This document shows, in pieces, positions 13,501 through 26,870 of a stretch of DNA of 64,000 nt. Position numbers and translations under genes: made by a program. Every line of letters begins with the position of its first letter. Positions within the stretch are counted from its first letter, which is position 1. A model generated the notes under the pieces. The model did not search any database and was not told where the DNA came from. It worked only from the letters and a program-made list of their open reading frames with translations. Origin of the DNA: Octopus bimaculoides (lineage: Eukaryota); contig NC_068984.1 in the NCBI RefSeq assembly GCF_001194135.2, positions 55,886,663 through 55,950,662 on the forward strand, written 5' to 3'.

Positions 13501-14749
13501 ACATTTGTCCTATTCTGCACGACTGTCTTACACAACTGCTACTGATCCGAGTAATCTGTCTATTGTTTTTTTGTTTTTTTTGCCCCATGTTTATGTTTAC
13601 AATGATTTGAAATTATGATAATGAAAGTAGAAGGTGAAAAAATATTACTCGTGCGTTATTTCATATATCCTGTCTGTTAAAAAGTTTGTGTCTCTAGCCA
13701 AGGAGGCAGTAAAAATCTGAAGCGATATGATTGATACGACTTTGCAGATAAAAAAAAAAAGAAATTTTCAAATTTTCTGTAATTCCTTCCACGGTAAGTC
13801 AAGCATCACAGCTAACACAAACAAACTTAAGTAGCAGTAAAGTCCATCTTTACAGTTGACTGAACACAATGATCGAATTTTTCAGATAAATATCTTACTT
13901 TGAATAGTTATATCTGACAGAATCCTTTTCTCTTGGCAGTTGATTAATTGATCGATTAAACTGATGGTCGTCAGTTTAATTTTTGAAGCTTTTTATTCAC
14001 TTCTTTATTTGCTTGTGTACTTGTTTGTTTGTTTATTTATCTATTCTACTTGGTATTTTTTTAAGTCAACGATCAGAAGAGAGTCTTGATTGTTACGTAG
14101 TATAAAGCATTAAATCGGGATTGTACGAAGTTTTCAGTTAATTCGCTTTCTCAGGTTTCTAGAATGAAATATGGAAATGTACATTTGCAATTGACACATA
14201 CATATCTTTATGTTTGTAACTAAAACCTTTGCCCTTCAGTAAATAATATTCGCAATTTTTATCCATAAAGCTACATTTTTTCAACTCTTTCCTTTGCTAT
14301 ATATTCAACTTACTAGAAAGATTTAGTCATAGCTTTCGCCATTTCTCCCATCATACACTTCTCTCAGACTTTTTCTCTGGTTACACTTCCACAGTATATT
14401 TTCTCAACATTTTCTTCTCTAAAGTCATCAAGTAAAAGTGTACGTATGCGAAAGATGTGTAACACAGAATATTAAACAAAGTTATTGTCCCCATTTTCAG
14501 TCCCATATTTATGTATAGAATTTGTTTTTATATATTGATATTTGTATAAATCTCTTTAATGGAGGTTTTCTAAAGGCGTTCTCAATCTAACAGTATTTCG
14601 CATTGCTAGTTTTATTAGCTTTAGTGTCAGAACAACCACTGTAAAATTTGATGTTTGAGCAGAACTATGATCAGTTACATTCCATTCGTGAGTATCGCGT
14701 TTTATATTCAGACAGTGTGCATTCAAGACCAAATTACCGAAAGCATCAT

Positions 14750-14860
14750 TCCCTTTAAAGATGATGGTAAGGTATGATAAAAGGGAAATTAGATTAATAT
14801 TTCTAGCAGGTTGAGCAACCGCAAAACCTCCCTCGCTGGCTGATAGTCATCGTTGTTGGC
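14750..14860. mobile_element. Family F, partial
   Basis: GGTAAGGTATGAT...ATTTCTAGCAGGTTGAGCAACC...CCTCCCTCGCTGGC. Confidence 0.65.
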
Positions 14861-15439
14861 TCATCATATATTTAACATCAACATTTTTTTCTTTTAATGT
14901 AATGTTCTAGTCGGGAACTATATCTAATGTCACTTTATCTAGTTTCGCTTGAGTTAGCAGTTCGCGGAAACCAAAAATAAATAGCTAATACGTCGTACCT
15001 TGTATATAATGCTTTAGTAAACATGCGCATGCTTTTCGAATCTCCAGTGTTAATCTACAGTACAACAAACTATATAATTACTCCTGTACTATAAATTTAG
15101 CAGTCTATTTTTGTTTTACTAGTCTTTGAAAGTATTTCAGCACATTTACATTTCTACTTATTACCACCCATAGCGAGCCTCCTTAAATCTCAGAATCTCA
15201 TACTTACGTTGTAGTGATGCATTGCACCCAAAACTACAGACATCTACGCACAGCTTTCCTCCTTTTCAAGAAAGATACTTTCTTCCATAACCTCTTCAAG
15301 TTAATCTTCTGTAAGGACTTCATACATATTAGAAACATAACTTGTGAAATCTTTGATATCTGAGCTTGAATATTAAAACTCATGTTTTAGGATAGTAAAT
15401 ATTCGTCGTTATTGTCATTGGTGATGTTAATGTTGTTGT

Positions 15440-15550
15440 TGTTTAACCCAGTTCAAGTGCACTGGAACAGACTTATGATCAAAATCATTCCAGCCGTAAA
15501 GCAGTTCGTTGGTTTTACGGGTGTGTAGCACTGCATTATCTAATGTTTTC
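15440..15550. mobile_element. Family F, partial, next to (GTT)n
   Basis: GTTTAACCC...CAGACTTATGATCAAAATCATTCCAGCC. Confidence 0.65.
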
Positions 15551-15934
15551 TCTCTTTATCTAATATAGGTCTCATTATTTAAAACAAGTATAATTCTAAA
15601 GAAATTGAATATTTTATCAGCTCAAATGGCCATATTTTTTTTTTATATATATAAAAGTTGCTCATATTCACAACGAAAGTAACACGCTACTCGAGGAAAA
15701 TATAACAGAATATTTGAAGATTTTTGTCGAAAGCGGAAGCGTCATAGACTAAGCCTTCTGCGAGATTCAGCTGTATCCGTTTATGATACTAGGTTTAATT
15801 TGACTGCTTAACCATTCCTCACAGCCTACGACACGTTGGTAATTTTTATTTCACCGCTTCTTGCTTTGCAGTACGAATACTGTGTTCTCTAGGTTCTATA
15901 GTATCCTAGATAAAAAAAAAAAAGGTTGGCTGCC

Positions 15935-16040
15935 CCTCGCTCAACTCTCCACCACTGATTGAAAAGAATGTTATTTATCAACTCCAAAGGATGAAAAGTA
16001 ACATTATCCTCGACAGAATTGGAATTCAGATTATGAGCCG
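15935..16040 (-). mobile_element. SINE family D, degenerate
   Basis: TTTATCAACTCCAAAGGATGAAAAG...CCTCGACAGAATTGGAATTCAGA. Confidence 0.65.
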
Positions 16041-16193
16041 GAACAATTACTGTAAGACGTTTGTCTGACGTTCTAACGATTCTTTCAACCGATTACTCAT
16101 GGTGTTTAAGTCAGAAAATATTATTGTTATTGACGTTAGTTCGAGCAAAAGTATATCATTGTCACGATTGTTATGAATATTATATCTGCTATT

Positions 16194-16545
16194 GTGGAGG
16201 CGCAATGGTCCAGTGCTTAGGACAGCGGACTCGTGGTTTCGATTCCCAGACCGGGTGTTGTGGGTACCTAAAGCTCCATAAGGCTCCGGCGGTGGGGGGC
16301 AAACCCTGCTGTACTCTTTCACCACAACTTTCTCTCACTCTTTCTTCCTGTTTCTGTTCTACCTGTATTTCAAAGGGCCAGCCCTGTCACACTCTGTATC
16401 ACGCTGAATCTCCCTGAGAACTACATTAAGGGTACACGTGTCTGTGGAGTGCTCAGTCACTTACACGTTAATTTCACGAGCAGGCTGTTCCGTTGATCGG
16501 ATTAACTGGAACCCTCGTCGTCGCAACCGGTGGAGTGCCACACAC
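16194..16545 (+). mobile_element. tRNA-derived SINE, family B, full length with 12-bp TSD
   Basis: A-box TGGTCCAGTGC and B-box GGTTTCGATTCCC; TSD ATATCTGCTATT at 16182-16193 and 16546-16557; second copy at 35340-35585. Confidence 0.95.
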
Positions 16546-18069
16546 ATATCTGCTATTCTTAAGATACTTAGCTTTTATTTTTTATCAATTTAAGATAAAT
16601 TTAACGGAAGAAATATATATATTTTATACTTCATTGTGTCAAACGCACCACTCAATCCATAAATAGGTTTTATTCTAAGAAATATTGGTGGATTGCTTCA
16701 TGTAATGGATCAATTAATTCTGGGACCACCTTATCTATCTTATCTTTTGCATCGCTATTTCAAGTAATAACAATCAATTTGTGTGTCCATTCATAAAAAA
16801 TTATATCGTGGTGTCTTTAATAAACATGAATAGCATAAAGGAACATATTCTTTGCATGCATATATTTAGATGTGCATATGTCTTTCGAATGGATATATTA
16901 TATAAATTACAATATCATACGTATTATTTCCTGAAAACTGTTGTGTGTTGTAGAGTTAACAATATTCATTCCTAAAAAATATGAATTCGCTTCATGCCTT
17001 GAGGCACGATTCAAAAGTAAAGCTTTCCTTTACAATACGTTTTGATACTTATGTATATATCTTTATAATTTTATATATACTTATGTATATATCTTTATAT
17101 ATTTGTATAAATTTCTTCTACGGAGACTGTCTACAATATCTTTGTATATTTTGATATTTGTATAAATTTTTTAATGGAGACTTTCTAAAGATTTTCTCAA
17201 TCGAACTGTTTTGCATTGTTAGTTCCATTATTTATTGTCATTTGAGAACAACCATTATAAAATTCGGCGTTTAGCAAAATGACTTTTCAAAAAATAATTA
17301 GCCAATAGTAGCTGTTGCTACCTTGATAAATCGATATCTGTAAGAAGATTGAATACAGGTTGCTTGCGACATTTTAACTCCAACTCAGGTATTAACATAG
17401 TTTATGATTTTGCTAAAATTACACAGCTGGTGAACACGTCAGTTCATAGTAACTCTTTACAATGTAGCTGTAGCTAGTATAACACATTAAATTCCATATT
17501 TGATAATAGAAATTCTATAGTCTGGAGTTCCCTATAAAACATCAGCTACTGATAGTGCCAACGTTTCGTATCTACCATTTGCATTGTGTGAGTCACCTAA
17601 CGCTTGTTGGTTGTGTCTTTGGTTAGCAATAAATCTTTACCACAATTTTTGTGGTCGGATCAGTAACTAGCGAATGATATTGCTTCATTAGATTTCTTTC
17701 GTCATTGTCCAAGGAGTTTTAAGATTTTACTCCCCGCTGGTTAGTAGATTGCCGATGTGTACGTGATGACTAGTTGATTAGCTCTGTCAGATACACTAGT
17801 AGTTAAATGGATTCTGTGATTCAGTTATGGCATGATCCGTTGAATTCATCTCAGTACATTACTAGCTATTGTAGATTTTGTCAACCACAAAGAGTTGATA
17901 TAAGGAGGTGACCTCGTTAAAAATATACTTATATGCGTGTTTGAATGTACATATGTATGTATGCGCGTATGTATATTGTTTATGTGTTGGTGTTTTGATT
18001 TCATACTTTACATAATATACATATATAAACATCTTGTTTTATATACATCCGGATTTGTTTCAACTTTGT

Positions 18070-18600
18070 GCTGGCAGTTCATCAGTGATTGAGTACCCTC
18101 TTTGACGGACCATGTAGACATTGCATATAAATAAGCTGTAACAAAACCTCCCATCCCCCAGCCATCAAATACGAGGACTACATTACCAACAATGCTGTCC
18201 TAGAAGAAAACCCAACAGTCGAAGCATAGAATCGTCCATCATGAAACACCGGATACTATGATTACTACGCAGAATAAAAGAAGAGAATTTTCTTCTCCAA
18301 AAGCTATTCAGTGCTATTCAAATGCTGTCACAAACACCGGCTAAGAGCAACTCTTAAAATGACAGGTAATGAAACAAAAACGTGGGAAAGAGAAGCTCAG
18401 AACCATTGCAACTTGTGCCACCCTCACACTACCGGAACCGACCTTTTTGAAGGTGAAAGAAAAAGTTAAGATGAAAATAAACATAGAGAAAACCACATGC
18501 GATACGTTTCAGGCAATCATACCTTCCACCGTCTTCGTTATCTTTGTCCATACCCCTTCCTTGAGAGAATTGGTATTCTCGGTCATTAACAAAATCAACA
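18070..18600 (+). mobile_element. RTE-clade LINE 3' remnant (decayed)
   Basis: Broken translation STLF.G..WTM.TLHINKL / IKYEDYITNNAVLE / SIESSIMKHRIL* ... LCPY.FLERIGILGH resembles RTE LYGSETWT, I.W.D.ITN.EVL, and the C-terminal C..C...RIGL.SH. Confidence 0.75.
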
Positions 18601-20919
18601 TCTAAAAACTACCTAATCAGGAAATAATTGAAATTCTAGAACACAAAAGATCCAGTTGCTGATGACAACGACGACTAAGTGCTGAAATAAAATGAATAAA
18701 CCAGTTTTCATATTTGAAGCATTCTTGGTAAATAGTTCGAGTATAATCGAAAAGGCAGGGATTCGTTATATATGCAAAGTGGTCTAAGCTCTTAGAAAAA
18801 GTGGGTCTACAATCACAATCAGTATCTCCGTGGACAGTAGTATTTATAAACAAGTATAAAAATATGTCATAAACAAATGTAAAAATATAAATTATATACA
18901 AAATGTACAGTAAAAATATTATGGAAATAGAATACAACGCTTCTTGAAATAACTGAATTTTTAATGTTTTCATTGTGGTGAATTTGTAATAATCGGTGAA
19001 TTTGTAATTCTGGAAAACGAAAATAAACATTGACTTATAAGTCATTTTGTTTACAATCGAGATAAACAAAACTAAGCATAAAACAATTTTTCTTGAAACT
19101 ATATAATTTCATTCAGTGGTAGAACTCATTTCTTTGACACAGACTAGAGAATTTTTATTATACAATATATGTTGAAGATATGAGTCTTAAAAGCATTTAT
19201 GGTCAATTCAGGAGACTTTTATCTAGATATTATTCACAGGCCTTTATGTGATATCTCGTCAATTAGCTATTAGACATTTCCACTAACACCAGTTTTTCAT
19301 ACACTATGCTGCTATTATATATGGTTTATGAAAAAGATTTTACTCGATCTTCATAAAATCTAAAACTTTATAAAGTTCATCTTTTTTTAAGTTTTAATGT
19401 TACTGAGAAACAATCCATGCATAATCCTCTCCCGTTAGAAAATTCGCTCTTATAAGCAAACTTATATCCGAACGTTGTTACCTATATATCTGAATATATT
19501 TTCACACACTGGGAAAAAGTGAACTGGTTTCATTCGACATTCACACTCATACATAAGTTTTGATCCGCTTTTCAGTTTTTATTTAATTCTATAAAATGAA
19601 GCTATTCTACAATTACTTAAGGCAACCTCGCATCATTATCATTTCTCCTTTAGTGTGAGCATTTTCCTTTTCTCTTTTTTTTTTTCATCTTTGATTCTAA
19701 TTCAGAATTCACATTTGTGTCTGTGGCTTTTGAAAGAGAAATAAACATTAATTACTATAGTAATGTATAAGAATTATGAGTATTCATTACTGATAACATG
19801 ATTGGGCAAACATAATGTAGGCTTCTGCACAATATAAATACATTTAATGAAAAAGCTCTTAATTAACGTATTTCATTCTAGGGCTGCCATGGAAAAGGTT
19901 GTTAATTTTGTTTTCAATTGTCAAATGATCGTCAGTTCAATATTATGCAAAATAAAGTATATATGTCAAAATATATTATCTGAAGGTGATCAATCCATTC
20001 TACTTTGGTTACAAATTCATTCCATAAAAATATATTCTCCCGCATAAATTAATTTTTGGATCTCTAGCTCAGCTAAATTGAGCTCTTGCATTTTTGTCAA
20101 TTCCTTTCCTGAGACAAGAGCACACAATAATGTCTGTAGCGGGTACGAATTTATGACAGTTCAACAAAGGGGTTCAAACAGTATATAACAAATCTCATGC
20201 TGATATATCGGGTCTTATTGATTGCGAATGAATTAGTGAAACTGCAATCAATACATCAGTTACAAATGAAGTTAGCAATATTGCGTTAGTCGCTACTAAA
20301 ACAAACAATACTGGCACATTTCGCAAACACTAAAATATTACCATTAATAAAGAATAAGTTAGATATTTGTCTTTGAAACACAAATTCAAATTATATTTAA
20401 ATAAAGTATCGGTTTTACGCAGAAGCTTATAACCATAACAGTACGAATACTTACTGATGATGGTTTTAGATTTGCTTCTTTTTTTTTTTTTTTTTGGTGG
20501 GTGTTTGTTCGTTCGTTTGTTTGTAAGTCATTTATAGTCAATTTATTTATGTCGTCTGCAGACAGTGAAGTAGCAAACTGCGAACTAAACAGATATCGAT
20601 TGTTCTATTATGTTCTGGTAATTGAGTATTAACAAGAAAGCACTAGTTAAGTTGAAATCCAGGAAAGGTTAAAACAGGTTCATGCTGTTAATTGGATCCA
20701 AATGTTGAAACCTCTATGTCAAACTAACCATACAAGAAGGTGACTATCATTTCATGAATATTCCACTTGAAAGAACTCTGTAAAGTAAAGCTAAGACAGC
20801 AATTATTTGCTTGAACAAGAGTGTTTATACTTAACGCATGCGATGATATATATTCGTGCACGTGTGCGTGTACACGTATGTATATATATGTGTGGTGGGG
20901 TAGGTAGGTATACTTATAA

Positions 20920-21001
<82 letters not shown>

Positions 21002-21022
21002 TGGTAGGTAGGTAGGTAGGTT
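20920..21022. repeat. (GATA)n(GGTA)n microsatellite
   Basis: Direct. Confidence 0.95.
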
Positions 21023-21986
21023 ATGCAATTATATGTACTAAAACTTCATGTCTTTTATAAGTTGGAGGTTAAATTTTTTTAAGTATAAGTTGTAGGGTCG
21101 AAAGCATCTGTACTATTATGCACACTTTGTAGTAATTAGCTTGCTATTGCAGGATTGTATAATGTTATACATATGTATTCGAGTGTGTGTTTATGTTTTG
21201 CTTTTAGAGTGATGTAGGAGAATCAATTTATTTCTATGTATCCATAGAAACATCAATGCTCGTACTTGTTTCTAGATTATTTGGTTGTGTTGGCACATGT
21301 TTATATCTGGCGAATGCACAAATCAAAGCATATATTTGCATAATTTATATCTAAACAATGTAGATAATTATAAGTAACAAACTAAAGATTAAGTGTCGAT
21401 ATACAACGTTATTTTTATGTGTGTATACGTGCGCGTGTGTGTACGTGTATATATGCTCTGTATTCTCCCATTAAATAAAAAAGAGAATCGCTCCGTTGAA
21501 AAGACTCAAGAACACATGTACATGCTTGTCGTCTTCGATTTCTGACATATTCCTAGTCTTCATGTTTATTGGTGCATGAAAACAAGTCAATCCAGACGAG
21601 ATGCTGACAACAAAGACACCATATAAGTTCACCAGATAACACTGCTGTAAATCGTACATCAAATCATTGACAAAAATTACGTTTCAGTCGGTATAATACT
21701 AGGCTGAGCTTTAAAATTCCTTATTTCAAAATCAAATAATCCGTGGATACATGATATTCCAATGTATATCGTATTACTATTTTACTACTTAGAATAATTT
21801 ACAAACCGGCCATGTAGCACACTAATTTGAATCTAGCTGCATCCATGTCGTATACATGTATCCTTACATTGCACATGTGTGCTCTAATGTTTCATAAACC
21901 CACCTTCATTATAAATACACTTTACCATTGGATCATATGATTGTCCAATGTTATGTACTCCTCCCACACACACATACACACACACC

Positions 21987-22198
21987 AAGGCGACGAGCTG
22001 GCGGAATCGTTAGCACGCCGGGCTAAATGCTTAGCGGCATTTCGTCCATCTTTGCGTTCTGAGTTCAAATTCCACCGACTTTACCTTCCATCTTTTCGGG
22101 GTCGATAAAACAAGTACCAGTTGAACACTGGGTTTGATACAATCGACTTACCCACTCTCCCGGAATTGCTGGCCCTGTGCAAAAACTTGAAATCAATA
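21987..22198 (+). mobile_element. SINE family D, full length (short-tail variant)
   Basis: GGCGACGAGCTGGCGGAATCGTTAGCACGCCGGG...TTCTGAGTTCAAATTCC...CTTTTCGGGGTCGATAAAACAAGTACCAG. Confidence 0.95.
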
Positions 22199-22324
22199 TT
22201 ACTTACCTTTACCTCATAGTACATATATTTACAACTACAGTGTATATATTTGGTTCTTGTCATATCTATTCCATGCTGTGTATGTCTATCTAGATATTAA
22301 TTTATATACCTACGTTTTCGGAGT

Positions 22325-22329
<5 letters not shown>

Positions 22330-22394
<65 letters not shown>

Positions 22395-22431
22395 CATACA
22401 TACATACATACATACATACATACATACATTC

Positions 22432-22512
<81 letters not shown>
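22330..22512. repeat. Compound (TA)n(CATA)n(GACA)n(GATA)n microsatellite
   Basis: Direct. Confidence 0.97.
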
Positions 22513-23519
22513 TACAAGCTCCAACAACGATGTTTTTAATAATATTCTCTCAAAACCTATTATAATAATTATCAATAAGGCAAACACGAAAATATTTTAA
22601 CTCACAATGAAGACCTTCAACTTCATAGTCTTCTTTTTCCTGACATCTAGCTTGTTCTATTAATTATCATACATATGTCATATCCAATTTAATATTTATA
22701 ATCATTTGTCGATTTTCGTTCATTTCCTTTAATTGAATCATTTGACATTTCTTAACCTTCTGAACAGAACCAGAAACCTATGCTAATGAAGTCACATATT
22801 TACACCTACTCATTTTTTTTTCACTCGGAGCAATATACCGTTGTTTCTATGTGTGAACTGTTCAGTATGCTCGTCTCTCCTCCTCTCACAATCCGTATTA
22901 TGTCTACCACCGCCCACCACCAGACTCCGCTTAAATCACCCTTCCCGGTTCTTCCTTCCTAGAATGCCATAACCTTGAATTATCTCCGTGCGCATGTTTT
23001 TTCGTGCATCTGATAATTTGCAGTTAGTTGTTCAGGCAAAAATATCAGCTGCGTCGATCTCATCAGTGGCGAGAGTTCGGTAAATGCCATAGGTGCACTT
23101 TTCTCTTCCTACAGACCAAACCATGAGAATAGAAACACGAAAAATGCTTAAATCTGCGCATATAGAGAAGTATAAATTGTATTTTGTTTTGTTTTCCTTT
23201 GTTTTGTTTTTTACTTTCATGCCATTATATATTTGTGTGCATGTGTGTTTGTGTGTCCGTGTCTGTGACTATGTGCCTGTGCGTGTGATGTATATAAGCT
23301 TTTCTTTAGGATTTAGGTTTTTTTCCTTTGCAGAATTCAAAGTGGTCTGACATTATGTATGATTTATATGTATATATAANNNNNNNNNNNNNNNNNNNNN
23401 NNNNNNNNNNNNNNNNNNNNNNNNNNNNNNNNNNNNNNNNNNNNNNNNNNNNNNNNNNNNNNNNNNNNNNNNNNNNNNNNNNNNNNNNNNNNNNNNNNNN
23501 NNNNNNNNNNNNNNNNNNN

Positions 23520-23880
23520 GAAGCTTGCTTCCTATTGCGGGTTCATTCCCACTGCGTGACACTTTGGGCAAGTGTCTTCTGCTATGGCCTCGGGCCGACC
23601 AAAGCCTTGTGAGTGAACTTGGTAGATGGAAACTGAAAGAAGCCCGTCGTATATATATGTATATGTATGTATTTGTGTGTCTGTGTTTGTCCCCCCCCCA
23701 CCATCGCTTGACAACCGATGTTGGTGTGTTTACGTTCCCGTAACTTAGCGGTTCGGCCAAAGAACGATAGAACAAGTACTAGGCTTACAAAGAATAACTC
23801 CTGGGGTCGATTTCTTCGACTAAAGGCAGTGCTCCAGCATGGCCGTAGTCAAAATGACTGAAACAAGTAAAAGAATAAAA
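23520..23880 (+). mobile_element. tRNA-derived SINE, family C (internal microsatellite)
   Basis: B-box GGGTTCATTCCC; TTTGGGCAAGTGTCTTCT; GGAAACTGAAAGAAGCCCGTCG; internal (TA/TG); tail GACTGAAACAAGTAAAAGA; 5' end in gap. Confidence 0.95.
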
Positions 23881-23900
23881 GAATATATACATGTATGAAT

Positions 23901-23937
<37 letters not shown>

Positions 23938-24765
23938 GAGAGAGAGACGGATGGACAGACATACAGACAGACATATACTAGCCATTCAGAGAAGCATGGT
24001 TAGAACACTTAGAACAGGGAACACAAAATGGTGTGTTAATTTTTAAAATGAAATGGAATGTTCTTTCTTTTAATTTTCAGAAAACATTTGAAACACTGAA
24101 TCCAACAGAGACCTTATACTTATATCTTAAAATAAGTCTTTCTATCTTCTATCTAAACAGTTCCTAATGTGTTCTCAGACGAAACAAAATGTATTTTGCT
24201 AATCTCATTGTGTACTTTGCTAGACTGTGTGCATGTAGCCCCGTATGTCTCAATGCAGATATAACATTGTGATACATGAATTAAAACAATCGACATGGTT
24301 ACTTCTACCAGAAAAGATATAGTAGTCAGACATAAATTTTTACTATTCATCGATCAAATGACCACAAATGATAAATGATTTTGCACTTCTGATAAAAAGA
24401 GTAGGCGCTTTCGCTTTGATAATCTTTGCATTACAGCTGAACAGAAATTCAATATGACTTTAATACTCTAAGAATCGAAGATAGACGCATTCTTAAGAAA
24501 GTAATAAATATGCACGTAGTATCTAAAGAAATACAAGAAAATATCTATCTTAAAACACATGCAAGTAGATATATTCAGTATATGATACTCAGACATGCAA
24601 ATTTATTTTATAAGAATGTGTGTTGAGTATAACAGACTTATTAATTATATATAGATACGCATATATCTTTGTTCATATAAAATAATTGTGAACCAGCGCA
24701 GAAGTTACTGCAATGTCACTCGAGCCGTTAGGAATAGAAACATTCTAATACATCACACACACACA

Positions 24766-24827
<62 letters not shown>

Positions 24828-25378
24828 NNNNNNNNNNNNNNNNNNNNNNNNNNNNNNNNNNNNNNNNNNNNNNNNNNNNNNNNNNNNNNNNNNNNNNNNN
24901 NNNNNNNNNNNNNNNNNNNNNNNNNNNNNNNNNNNNNNNNNNNNNNNNNNNNNNNNNNNNNNNNNNNNNNNNNNNNNNNNNNNNNNNNNNNNNNNNNNNN
25001 NNNNNNNNNNNNNNNNNNNNNNNNNNNNNNNNNNNNNNNNNNNNNNNNNNNNNNNNNNNNNNNNNNNNNNNNNNNNNNNNNNNNNNNNNNNNNNNNNNNN
25101 NNNNNNNNNNNNNNNNNNNNNNNNNNNNNNNNNNNNNNNNNNNNNNNNNNNNNNNNNNNNNNNNNNNNNNNNNNNNNNNNNNNNNNNNNNNNNNNNNNNN
25201 NNNNNNNNNNNNNNNNNNNNNNNNNNNNNNNNNNNNNNNNNNNNNNNNNNNNNNNNNNNNNNNNNNNNNNNNNNNNNNNNNNNNNNNNNNNNNNNNNNNN
25301 NNNNNNNNNNNNNNNNNNNNNNNNNNNNNNNNNNNNNNNNNNNNNNNNNNNNNNNNNNNNNNNNNNNNNNNNNNNNNN

Positions 25379-25409
<31 letters not shown>

Positions 25410-25412
<3 letters not shown>

Positions 25413-25520
25413 ATGCATGGCTTAATGGTTAGAGTATTCGGCTCAAGATTGTAAGGTCATGATTTCGATTCCTGGAGGCGCGCTGTGTCCATGGGTATGG
25501 CACTTTATTTTATGTTGTTT
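25410..25520 (+). mobile_element. SINE family A, 5' head only
   Basis: TGGCTTAATGGTTAGAGTATTCGGCTCAAGATTGTAAGGTCATGATTTCGATTCC. Confidence 0.85.
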
Positions 25521-25679
25521 CAGTATCTTTGATCATGGATTTTTTCGACCGGGACCGGCATGGAATTAAAAACAGAAAAAAAGACAACAACAACTCTGAT
25601 ATTGGACTCAGATCCCTTCCTCGTCATAAGTGAATCTTTTATGTATTACTTGTTTCAGACATCAGACTTCGATCATACT

Positions 25680-26010
25680 GGGGCACCACATTGAAGGATT
25701 TTAGTCGAACGAGTCGACCCCAGTACCATTTTTCTTTAAAACCAAGTACCTATTACATCGGTTTCTTTTGCCGAATCTTTAAGTTACGAGGACGTTATCA
25801 CACCAACACCGGTTGTGAAGCGGTCATGAGGGACAAACACGGACACAAAGTCACACACGATGGGCTTCTTTCATTTTGCATCTACTAAATCCGCTCACAA
25901 TGCTTTGGTCGGCCCGATGTTATAGTAAAAGACACTTGTTTAAGGTGCCACGCTGTGGGACTGAAGCCGGAAGCGTGGTTGGTAAGCAAACTTCCTACCA
26001 CACAGCCACA
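25680..26010 (-). mobile_element. SINE family C
   Basis: Reverse-complement match to 23520-23880; internal microsatellite reduced to about 7 bp. Confidence 0.92.
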
Positions 26011-26540
26011 CCTGACGAAGACTGTCGTTACATTATACCCGAGGAGATAACGTTTCGTTTTATTAAAACTCAATTCAACGATGGTGCCTTACAAAAGTTG
26101 TAAAAATGGTAAGACGAAAAAAAAATATTTTGAACGAAATGATGTATGAATACATACTAAGGAGAGAGATATAAACATCCGACTATGCTGCCGACAGATA
26201 CATCAAGTAAATGATTTTATAAACTGACGTTAACACATTGAATCCTTAAAAAATGCAGCCTGAGCTAAGAAGTCGACAAAAGGAAGCCGTTTCATTACTG
26301 AAACTGGAAAGCAACGGATGTGAAGTTGTCTCTTTAGATATTTCATATGAAAATTAAAAAAAAACATTATCAATGATATATTATATGTGTGTATATGTGT
26401 ATGTGCGTGTTTTCACATGTATACATATATGTGTGTGTATATATATTTATATATACACACACACACATATATGTAGATGTGATTATTTGTGCGTGTGTAT
26501 ATTGTATATATGTATGTATACACACATATGTGTAGATGTA

Positions 26541-26870
26541 GTGAAGGCGCGTGGCTCAGTGGTTAGAGCATTCGGCTCACGATCATAAGGTCGTGAGTTC
26601 AATTCCCGGTGACGCGTTGTGTCCTTGAGCAAAACACTTTATTTCACGTTGCTCCAAACCACTCAGCTGGCAAAAATGAGTAATACCTGTATTTCAAAGG
26701 GCCGGCCTTGTCACGTTTGTGTCATGCTGAATCTCCCTGAGAACTACGTTAAGGGTACACGTGTCTGAGGAGTGCTCAGCCGCTTGCACATTAATTTCAC
26801 GAGCAGGCTGTTCCGTTGATCGGATCAACTGGAACCCTCGACGTCATAAGCGACGGAGTGCCAACAACAA
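26541..26870 (+). mobile_element. tRNA-derived SINE, family A, full length with (CAA)n tail
   Basis: A-box TGGCTCAGTGG; B-box GAGTTCAATTCC; CORE-like TGTGTCCTTGAGCAAAACACTT; 3' end GGAGTGCCAACAACAA. Confidence 0.95.

Noticed and set aside
15205-15350. Possible minus-strand exon or RTE-like fragment (LKRLWKK...)
   Set aside because: In-frame stops and only a weak motif resemblance.
8811-26620. tRNA-like A/B boxes (8811, 16194, 25410, 26541 and others) as tRNA genes
   Set aside because: Each continues into a SINE body with no complete cloverleaf or acceptor stem; they are SINE heads.
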